Source of the DNA: a virus
Length of the DNA stretch: 41,370 bases
Virus record (IMG/VR): IMGVR_UViG_3300045988_025431
Span: 1-41,370 of that record
Direction: 5' to 3' (one strand)
The notes below the pieces were generated by a model. The model saw only the letters and a program-made list of their open reading frames with translations, was not told the DNA's origin and ran no database searches. The position numbers were made by a program, and so were the translations under genes. The first letter of the stretch is position 1; each line of letters begins with the position of its first letter. Below, piece by piece: positions 1 to 8,600 of the stretch.

Positions 1-365
1 TTCTCCGCCACGATGGAATAGTCGGAATACATCATGTTCATGGTGATCCACCAGCAGGGCCGAGAAACCTTTTCCCAGGTCATGCCCATGCTCTCCGCCA
101 GGGCCGTGGTCTGCTCCATGGGCCAGTGCGGGCCGGCGGTGCCGTCCTCGTTGACCATGTGAGCCGCCCACGCCTCCGCGTCGGCCTTGGTCATCTCCCG
201 GCCCGTGCAGATAGCTTCCTCTGCGCCCTTGAGCATGTTGAGGCATTCCACCATCGCCATGATCCCCTGCGCCGCGTTAGGGGTGGCAGGATTCCGCATA
301 TACTCCCGGATGCTGTATTCCAGCTTGGGAATATACGCCTTGATTTGCTCATGCAGATTCTCCAT
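1..365 (-). CDS. hypothetical protein, 5' portion of a 162-aa ORF split by the linearisation point (continues 41293..41170)
   Basis: ATG at 365-363 has a GGAGAGGAGGA RBS upstream. The frame runs off base 1 and, because 1-77 = 41294-41370, continues in frame to TAA at 41172-41170. Confidence 0.6.
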   Translation of the reverse strand, partial: MENLHEQIKAYIPKLEYSIREYMRNPATPNAAQGIMAMVECLNMLKGAEEAICTGREMTKADAEAWAAHMVNEDGTAGPHWPMEQTTALAESMGMTWEKVSRPCWWITMNMMYSDYSIVAE

Positions 366-510
366 GGTTGTCCTCCTCTCCGGCCGTCGGGGCCTTCATG
401 GCCTCTTTGACCTTATCAATGGCAGCGTTGCCGATCTGGTTGCCGATGCTGCGGCCGGTAGGTGTGGCAGCCATGACGCCCAGCAGCATCCCGATTAACA
501 GCTGAACCAT
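349..510 (-). CDS. small hydrophobic protein (53 aa, MVQLLIGMLLGVMAA...)
   Basis: ATG at 510-508 lies 8 nt after GGAGG. It has a hydrophobic N-terminus and fills the gap between flanking genes. It is below the ORF-track size cutoff. Confidence 0.4.
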   Translation of the reverse strand: MVQLLIGMLLGVMAATPTGRSIGNQIGNAAIDKVKEAMKAPTAGEEDNHGESA

Positions 511-522
511 GCCGCGCCTCCG

Positions 523-924
523 TCAGATCCGCTGGACCCGTAGGGCCACGTTGTCAACGGTGGCTTCCACGCCAGACAGCACCAGAGTCAGAGCCGCACC
601 GGCAGCACAGCAGGGCTGCCGCACCAGCGCCGTGAGATCGAGGTTGACCGTGCCGCTGGCCGCGCCGGTCTCGGTGGCAGTGGCGCCGGGGACAGCTACG
701 CCGTCCTTGTAGAGCGTGACGGTGACAGCTCCGGCCGCCGTGAGGGTGGCGGTGATGGAGGCGTCCACGTCATAATAGCCGGTCCCGGCAAGGTTGACCG
801 CGTTGCCGTTGAGGGCAATGTCGCAGCCGTACCGCCGGATCAGGCCGCCCAGAGGAATGACGCCGCCAACAGCTACCGCCGTGGGAGTTTGCATGGCAGT
901 GTACAAAGCAGATTTACAACTCAT
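523..924 (-). CDS. hypothetical Gly/Ala/Thr/Val-rich beta-type protein (133 aa)
   Basis: Track ORF with a GAAAGGAG RBS 6 nt upstream of the ATG. The alternating beta-strand-like pattern is reminiscent of BclA C-terminal/TNF-like small domains, but this is only a resemblance. Confidence 0.6.
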   Translation of the reverse strand: MSCKSALYTAMQTPTAVAVGGVIPLGGLIRRYGCDIALNGNAVNLAGTGYYDVDASITATLTAAGAVTVTLYKDGVAVPGATATETGAASGTVNLDLTALVRQPCCAAGAALTLVLSGVEATVDNVALRVQRI

Positions 925-944
925 AATACTCTCCTTTCAAAATT

Positions 945-972
945 AAAGGGCGGGGCACCGGCCCCGCCCTTT
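945..972 (-). terminator. intrinsic terminator between 1018..1557 and 523..924
   Basis: Perfect 9-bp GC stem GGGCGGGGC/GCCCCGCCC plus 3 A-T pairs, loop ACCG. On the minus strand it is followed by UUUAAUUUU. Confidence 0.7.
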
Positions 973-1017
973 ACCCGGCCAAAGGGGCCTGAACTATTTC
1001 CGATGTGGAAAAGTTGC

Positions 1018-1557
1018 TCAGATGTTGCCGCTGCCGTTGCAGCCGCAGGATGCGGGAATGATCTGGCCGCTGCAGGTGGACGCTACGCCGTACAGATTCG
1101 GCTTCGTCAGCATCCGGCCCTCGATGGCATCCAGCCGGCGGTTGAAGCCACAGCAGCAGTCGGAGATCTTCGCCGCCAGAGCGTCGGTCTGCTCTTTGGT
1201 GAAGATGCCGTTCTTGAGGTTCTGGTTCTCCATCTTGAGATCGAAGATGGTCTCCTGGAGGCGCTGCTCATAGATCCGGCTGGCCTGAGAGGTAATGGCC
1301 TCCGTGCTGGCGTTGATGGCCATACGGGTGTCATTGCTCTGCTGCTCGATGAGGTACTGGGTCCGGGCCGTGTCGGCGATCTCCTGTCTCTCGATCTCGC
1401 AGTTGCTCACCCGGTTACAGCCCTCCTGCGGGGGGCAGGGATTGTTGCCGCGATTCCAGCCCCAGCCGCCGCCGAAATTCCCGCCGAAAATGGCGAAAAT
1501 CACGATGATGACAAAGAGGACTGCAATCCAGCTCATACCAGTGCTACGATCTTCCAT
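1018..1557 (-). CDS. membrane-anchored Cys-rich coiled-coil protein (179 aa)
   Basis: Track ORF with a GAAAGGAGC RBS. N-terminal TM segment WIAVLFVIIVIFAIFGG, a central heptad-like region, and clustered Cys residues (CCCG, SCGCNG) at the C-terminus. Confidence 0.65.
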   Translation of the reverse strand: MEDRSTGMSWIAVLFVIIVIFAIFGGNFGGGWGWNRGNNPCPPQEGCNRVSNCEIERQEIADTARTQYLIEQQSNDTRMAINASTEAITSQASRIYEQRLQETIFDLKMENQNLKNGIFTKEQTDALAAKISDCCCGFNRRLDAIEGRMLTKPNLYGVASTCSGQIIPASCGCNGSGNI

Positions 1558-1593
1558 GTGTTCGTGCTCCTTTCGTGTTTTTATTCCAACCGG

Positions 1594-1938
1594 CTATTTC
1601 AGCCGGGGGAATTTGGTGAAACCGCCCGCTTTCCCCTTCTGAGGGGTCTGTGAGCCGTTCTGTGCGCCGCCAAGGATCTTGTTAGCATCGGAGCGCAAAG
1701 CCTCCGGTGTGGTCCCCAGAAGGCCGCACAGGGCCTTTGCCTGCATGGTCTTCCCATAGCGAGCATACAGGCTGTTGGCAATATTGGGATCAATGCCCAG
1801 CCGTCTGGCTGTGCTCTGGACGCCCTCCAGCGTGTCAGCCGTCCCGCTGATCGCCTGCTCCGCCTTCTGCACCGCGTTTTGCAGGTCGGCGCTGGGGAAC
1901 ATCTTCGACGCGGCCGCTATGATCTGTTTGAGATCCAT
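1594..1938 (-). CDS. hypothetical protein (114 aa)
   Basis: Track ORF with an AAGGAGCTGAAGG RBS before the ATG. G/C-rich third codon positions are typical of this genome. Confidence 0.6.
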   Translation of the reverse strand: MDLKQIIAAASKMFPSADLQNAVQKAEQAISGTADTLEGVQSTARRLGIDPNIANSLYARYGKTMQAKALCGLLGTTPEALRSDANKILGGAQNGSQTPQKGKAGGFTKFPRLK

Positions 1939-2242
1939 TTTCCTTCAGCTCCTTTACCTGGGCCGATAGGCCCTTGATGATCTCGGCCATGTCGCTCATG
2001 GCCGACTGCATCTCACCCATCAGCTCCTCCTGCGTCTTGGGCGGGGTGATAACGCCCAACTCCACCAGCTTGTCATAGTACTGCTGGGTAGTGCCCTCCA
2101 GTTCCGTGTAGGCCGCTGCGGTCTTGCCGATAAGCTGCTGACGGTTGCCAAAATAGTCCACCTGCCAGATGTCCGCGCCGTCGATGGCGCACATCAGGCA
2201 GCTGGAGCCCGTGTATCCTGCGATCGCAAATTGCTGATCCAT
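1835..2242 (-). CDS. hypothetical protein (135 aa; last 34 codons overlap the next gene)
   Basis: Track ORF with a strong AAGGAGG RBS. It is the first gene after terminator 2331-2366. Confidence 0.6.
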   Translation of the reverse strand: MDQQFAIAGYTGSSCLMCAIDGADIWQVDYFGNRQQLIGKTAAAYTELEGTTQQYYDKLVELGVITPPKTQEELMGEMQSAMSDMAEIIKGLSAQVKELKENGSQTDHSGRVEDVPQRRPAKRGAEGGAGDQRDG

Positions 2243-2290
2243 AGCGCACCTCCTTGATCTATCTCAATGGTAGCAAAATTCCGGACAGCC

Positions 2291-2331
2291 AAACTGCCCG
2301 GAAACTGCCTGTATTCTGCCCTCAAACTGCC
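2291..2331 (-). promoter_or_regulatory. four direct repeats AAACTGCC (one variant ATTCTGCC) spaced exactly 11 bp apart
   Basis: Copies start at 2291, 2302, 2313 and 2324. They lie between a terminator and the RBS of 1835..2242. Confidence 0.5.
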
Positions 2332-2366
2332 CAAAGAAAAGCCGTGTCCGATTCGGACACGGCTTT
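2331..2366 (-). terminator. intrinsic terminator after 2369..2605
   Basis: 13-bp perfect stem 2338-2350/2354-2366, loop ATT. On the minus strand it is followed by UUUUCUUU. Confidence 0.8.
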
Positions 2367-2368
2367 CT

Positions 2369-2605
2369 CTATCCCTGCATATCATCCGCTATTTTTGCGT
2401 AGGCCCGCCGCCGGATCTTGGCCAGACCGTCCACACTGACGTGCAGTCGGTCGGCTGTCTGGATGCAGCTTTGGCCATGGACATCCACCGCCAGCACCGC
2501 CGTCTCTTCGTCAGCTGGCAGGCCAACCAGCCGGACGGCCTGCTCCGCCCGCTTGGGGGCCATGCCGGATAGCATAGCCCGCAGCGCCTTATGCTCACTG
2601 TTCAT
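2369..2605 (-). CDS. small sigma-70 region-4-like HTH DNA-binding protein (78 aa)
   Basis: Track ORF. The C-terminal part (IQTADRLHVSVDGLAKIRRRAYAKI) looks like a region-4/LuxR-type HTH. The RBS is weak. Confidence 0.5.
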   Translation of the reverse strand: MNSEHKALRAMLSGMAPKRAEQAVRLVGLPADEETAVLAVDVHGQSCIQTADRLHVSVDGLAKIRRRAYAKIADDMQG

Positions 2606-2672
2606 GCTCGCAGTTTCAGCTTGCAGAACGGGATATCCCGTGGGCGTTTCCGCCGCCTCACATCTCCTTTCG

Positions 2673-5600
2673 TTATTTCCCGGCCAAACGGGCGTTCTTC
2701 CGGACTTTCTCGTTTACAAGCGCCTTGTTGTAATGCCGGATGCTTTTGCCTACCCCCAGATACTCAAAAAGTGCGTTCCGCTGCTTCTCGCTCAAACCGG
2801 GCATATTGTACACCGCCTGCATGATCAGCAGCCCCTTGCTGTTGGGGATCGTCTCCCCGTTTCTGTCCTTGACGCTTTCCAGATCGGACACCTGCGTTTT
2901 CAGCGCCACATAAATTTCCGGCTTAATGCCGTACTTCTTCTGTGCCTCCTGTGCTTTCAACACCCACTTGTCCGTGATCTCATAGGTTTTGTCCGTCTCG
3001 TGCAGTGCTGTCTTTTTGGCGTAGGTCTCCGCGCTGGACAGGGCCTTGTCCTTCTGCTCGTCAGTGAAGGCCCTGAACACCTGGCTGTCCTCCAACCCGG
3101 ATTCCATGGAGCTGTAAAGCGCGGACTTCCTGCGGCTGTATACGATGTAGTCATCGGAGCTGAGATCGTTTTCCGTAAATTTGTCCTCGCCCTCGCCGGT
3201 GCCGTACCGGTCTTTCGCACCAATCAGACTTGCAGCCGCGTCCGGGAGCCTGAAATCCTCATCGTTTTCCCGTTCCTTGTCCAGCTTGCTCCGCATACTG
3301 CTGTCAACGGAGCTGTTGTCCAGCGCCATGAAGTCTTTTAGCTCTTTGCGGATGTGTTCATAGGTGGTCAGGTCGCCCTGCTCCAGCGCCTTGAACGCGA
3401 GATTCAGGTACCGGCTTTTGTTTGCGGTGCTGTAAATATTGTATGTGAATTTCTCAAACTCATATTCCAGCGCCACGCTGCCGGTAGCTTGGACAGCCGT
3501 CCGGACTGCCGCCATTGCGTCCCGCTTGATGTTGGCCACCGGAAGGCCGAAAAGTTTAGAACAGGCTGCAAACATATTTGCCAGCGCTTCTTCTCTGGTC
3601 TTTTTGCCGCTGCCGCCCATGCTTGCGGTGAAATCTTTAGAGGCAGATACAATGTCAGAAAACACCTGCATGTCCGTCCGGGATACGCTGTACCCCTGCG
3701 TCAGGGAAAGAATATCCTTTACAAACGGGATGCTTCCAAGCTTGTTGACGTTACTCCCAAGGTTTCCTTCCAACACAATATGCTGCAGCAGCTCCTTGGT
3801 GGCCTTCTCGTCACCGGTAATGCCGGTCAGTGCCGTCAGGAACTTTTCCCAATAATCCTTGTCCGGATCATCGTCACGCCCTGCGTCTGCAATGCTCTGG
3901 GCCAGTGCGTTAACTACGTCCGTAACCAGCAAAGCAGCTGCCGCACGTCCCACGGTTTTAATGGCCTTGCTCCGCTTGGCAGGGTTCTCTTCATAGCGCA
4001 TATTGTCCCATGCCCGCATGAACACGTTCAGGCTCATAATGGGTTCGCCCATGAACGATGTCGCCTGCTTGGCAAGGTCGCTCTTGCCGCGCATGATGTT
4101 GGAGCGCTGCAAAATGCCGTCTACCACCTGCGTCTGGTCGATCATGTCGGTGAACACTTCATTGACTGCGCTGTAAAATTCGCCGCTTCCGGCCCGCAGA
4201 TTGGGCCTCTCCCGCTTCACCTGCCACTCGCAGGCGTTCCAGAGTGCGCCCCAGGTAACGGCGTCCGCTTTTCCTGCGGGAGCGCCAGCCTTGTCATTGA
4301 TCTTGTTGGCGATGCCCTCCTTGCCGTAAAACCGATCATTCAGGGTATAGGGGGAGGAAATGTCAAAGCTGCCCACATCCTTCCGCATGGCAATGGGAGA
4401 ATGCGTCAAAGCTTTTTCCCAGCCGTTTCCCTTCGTCACGCCGCCGGTCAGTCCTCTTGCCATGTCAGCAGGGTCCAATACGGCGGATGCCCGGAAAAAG
4501 GCGGTCGGCTGCTGGATGACCACACGCACGTTCGCACCGACGGCAGCGCCCTTAAAGCTCCCGATGCCTTTTGCGAATTTATCCGTCAGCGGTTCAAAAT
4601 CCTTTGTTTTGATTCCGTTCTGGATGTCGCCCATCAGCTTCTGCCAGTACTGCTGAGATCCCTGTCCGCCCTTCTCTTCCAGGAAGCCCTTTACGGTCTG
4701 AACGAGATTGCCTTCACTGTCCCGGAACTGGAAATTGTACAGCCGGTTCGCGTCCTCCATGGGGCACAGCCACGCTGCGTAGTCAATCATATCGGATGCG
4801 TGGTCCGCGAAGGTGTCAAACACCCCTCGGATGCTCAACGGCGTCGCCGCGTTGGGCTTTACAGCCTGCGCCATGCCGATATTCTTAATGGAGCGCACAT
4901 TCCCGCTGTCCTTCTCCTGCGAACTGTGCAGTGCTTCCTTTGCGGATTTGATGGGCCAGTAGTCCTGCTCCGTGAATTTCTTATAGCCGTAGGCTTTCAT
5001 GCTGGCCTCGTTGCCGTAGTTGGCAAGAACACCGGTGGTCAGCTTCTGCAAACCGTCCGCGATCCTGATCTGCTCCGGGGTCAAAACCCTCACAATGGAC
5101 TGGATATCCTCTGCGGAAAGATGGATCACGTCCGTTCCTCTGGGGATCTTGGTCTTGCCGGGGATCTTGATCTCCGGCTGCACGATGCCGCCTTTCAGCA
5201 GGTGGTCCTCCGCCTGCTTGCGTTCGCTCAGAAGATACAGCTCCATGGCCTGTGCCGTGGTCAGGTCCAGCTCATGGCCTTCCGTTGTGGTGAAATGGTG
5301 GACTTCCTCATTCATGGACGTCACCGCGTTTTCGCGGATGCCGGTTTTCGCGTCGCCCAGAATCTGGTGAACCTTCTCCGCCACATCCCGCGCCATGATC
5401 TCCTGATGGTCCTGCGCGTTCCGCAGCATCCGGTAAATGTCCTTTCCGGTCTGGCCGAAGTGGGCAAAGAACGTATAAGGCGTTTCCAGACTGATCGCCA
5501 CGTTGTTCCCCAGTTTCCGCCGCCGGGTCATGCCGTCCATGCGGAGCGCATCAGCAAACTGCTTGGTGGTCTCGAATTTCTCCGACGCTAGCGTCTTGCC

Positions 5601-8600
5601 TGCCGTGGTCACGGAATGCTCCACGGATTTCAGCACGTTCCACATAGTTTTCAGCTGCTCCGTGGTCAGATCCGCAAGGCGGGTGTCCCCCATCTTGATG
5701 ACCTCGCTGAATCCACCGGTCACATCGTCGCCGCCCAGAAGAGACGGGTCCACCACCATATCGCCATCCTGGGCGATCTTCTGATACTGCTCCTTCAAAT
5801 TCTGGAACGCCACCGTCCGGTTCGTCGGCGTGCCAGGTTCCTTGTAGATTCGCTCCCCTGTCACGGGGTCCAGCGTAAAGGACCGTGCATTGGGGCTGCT
5901 CTCCTGATTGATGCTTTCCAGCACCTTTGCCACGGCGGAGCGCATATCTTCCGGAATGTGCTGGTTGTCCGTGGGCCGCAGCAGCTTTTGAGACAATGCG
6001 CTGGCATGGCGAACAATCTTAGCCCGCAGTTCTCTCCGCTTCTGGTTGTCCCGCCGGGTCACGTCCTTCTCCCGGTAACGCTCCTTCAACGTCTGTACCT
6101 GCTCCGCACGCCGGGTCCGTTCCTTTGCCAATGCCTGCGCCGTGCTTCTTAGCCGCTTTGCGTCTTGTCTGCCTTGGGCCATCTGTCCAGCTAAAAAGGC
6201 GTCATTTGCCGCCTGTCTGCCCTGAAATCTGGCATCCTGCACCTGCTCCGCTGCCCGGTCCGCAAAGGTCTTTTTCGTCTGAGGAAGGTCAAAGAACCGG
6301 TCCATAATGTCATTGGAGATAGACGCCACGGCCTGTCCCATGTAGCCTTCAAAGGGGTTGTACTCCGTCACCTTGTACAGCCGGTTCGCCACGTCCGCGA
6401 TCCGCTGCACCTGATCGGAGATGTTGGTCTCCTGTGCCTCGTTGAAAAACTCCGGATACTGGCTGGACAGCTCGGAATAGATCTGGTCAACATTGGTGTG
6501 CTCGCCCTTGCTGATTTTCAACTTGCCGAACAAGCTCTTGCGAAACTCGTTGAAATCCGTGATCTCGGCGGCATCCGCTTCCGTCAGCGTCAGCTTGATG
6601 TCTTTCAGATACTTCCGCAGACCAGCGTATTCCTTGAATGCCCGATCGTCCACCTCTACGGCGCTTTCCGCGATCCGCTCCGCAATGGCATCAGACCGTC
6701 TCCGCGCCTCTGCATAGGTCAGCTCGTCCTTGCCGTCCTTGCCGCTGGCAATGTAGTCATACAGGCTTTGCAGGTCTCCGGCAATGTCGCTGCCGCTGAT
6801 CTCTGCGCCGTAGTCCTTTACCAGCGCGTCCGCCGCCTTCTGAACGGATTTCCGGTCGGTGGTTACGCCCTGAGACCGTCTGGTCTGGCCCTTCCAATAC
6901 TCAACCCGCTCTTTCAGGCTCTCGTTTTCCCGTTTCAGCGCCGCAATCTCCTGCGCGTTCTCCGTGCCTTTCAACGATAGGAACTGCGCCAATTCCGAAA
7001 CATGGGGCTTCGTGCCATCTTTGAAATATGCTTTGATGTCATTCAGCACCTTGCTGGAATGGGTCCCCCTGGGATATTCCGTGCTGGAAACTGTCTGCCC
7101 ATCCGGGGTGTCCAGATCAAGAATGACTTCGCCCCGGTTTTTACCGATAAAGTCCGACAGTGCATCCATCTGGGATTTTGTTGGCTCCACAGAGAGGTTG
7201 ATCCCGCCGCTTTCCGGGGAAATGCGGATATTGCCCTCGCTCATAAACTGCACCATAGAGCCGGAATAATCATCCCCACCGTAATCCTCACCGATAGCGT
7301 CCCGGATGTCCCGGTGGTCTACGGTCCGGTATCCGCCAGGGCCGCCCTCGTGCTTGCCGGAGAAGTCCAGCTTTGTGCCTGCCGGGGTCAGATATCCGGT
7401 CTCGTTCCAGTTGTAGGTTTTGCCGAAAAACGCGATTGCCTTTTTCCGGTGGTCCCGCTGCTCCGCATCGCTGTAATCTTTCAGGGAATATCTGGTCTTT
7501 TCTTTCGCCTTTTCAAAGGCTTCTTGCATGGCGGTCTTACCGCTGCCCTCTCCAAAGGAAAGATTCCCATTGACATCCCGGTTCACATATGTTATTCTAC
7601 CAATAGAACCATACTTGGTTAACCCCGATGGCAATTGGAGCCGTAGGGCCTCTAACCAAGCATCGGTTCTTTTTTTGTTTGGATCAACGTATAAGATTTC
7701 AGAAGTATTGATCGCGTTTTGTGCGTTTCGCTTGCCATATGCGCTTGCGATTTTGGCGAAATCAAGGATCTCTCCCCGCTTATCCTGCGGGCGCAATTCC
7801 AATGCAACCAATACGGGGGAACCCTCTGCATCCATTACTTCTCCGTAAATCGTGATACGATTCGCCACGGTCTGGGATTGCATGACTAAAATGGGATACT
7901 CTAAAATCTGCGGCACATTTTTAATGACATCCGCTGTCATTTCTGGATGCTTGGACAGGATTTTTGCAATTTTGCTCTGATCCCAATAGATCTGATAATC
8001 GTTAACCCCGATAGACTTTAAAGCCTCAGAAGTCGTACCAACCTTGAAGTAACCGCCGGTTTTCAGGTTGCCTTTTTCATCCCTGTCATTTACCCAAGCA
8101 TCAAACTGTCTGGTGAAATCTTTATTCAGGGAATATCTCGCCTCACCGTCCTCCGTGGCGGTGTTTTTGCTGTTCAGACTTTCCGCCTGCTTGCTGGCCG
8201 CTTCAAATGCCGCCTGCAGCTTGCCCTCCACGGTCTGGGCCTGTCGCTTGGCTCTGCCGGTCAGCTTGCCCACGATCTCGTGGATGGCGTCCCGCAGCTT
8301 TTGCAGCAGCGTCCGGTCTGCGCTGTGCTTCCGGATAAAATCGTCCAGCACGTCGCTGTTGGCAATCATCTCACCGGCGTAGTTGGCGGTAGCCTCGTCC
8401 AGCGCCTGTTCGTAGCTGGTTTCAACGCCCGCCCGGTTGTACTGGTCAAGCAGGATGTTCGCCGCTTCCTGCACGTCCGGCATACTGGTAACAGCGTTCC
8501 GGAACGCCCGGTACTGCTCCGGGGCCAACTCCTGCACCCGGTGCGTCCATTCATGGCCGACCACCTGCAAAGCCGGGTCTGCTGCGTCCTTGGCAATCAG

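Noticed and set aside
1-77. 77-bp terminal repeat as a biological direct terminal repeat of the virion DNA
   Set aside because: The repeat falls inside a coding sequence and has the look of an assembly overlap. It supports circular closure but is not evidence for physical DTR ends.
1835-1938. 104-nt overlap between 1835..2242 and 1594..1938 as a possible programmed frameshift site
   Set aside because: No slippery heptamer lies near the junction. The downstream gene has its own strong RBS and ATG. In the overlap, only the downstream frame shows the G/C-rich third positions typical of this genome. The upstream frame most likely just runs on to the next chance stop.
3354-5591. Long plus-strand ORFs (3354..5591 at 745 aa, 10101..11786 at 561 aa, 20892..22511 at 539 aa, 23426..25411 at 661 aa, and many shorter ones)
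   Set aside because: They lie entirely antisense to minus-strand genes with clear motifs and RBSs. Their translations are Arg/Leu/His/Gly/Val/Pro-rich with no recognisable motifs and no RBS. These are typical shadow ORFs of GC-rich coding DNA.
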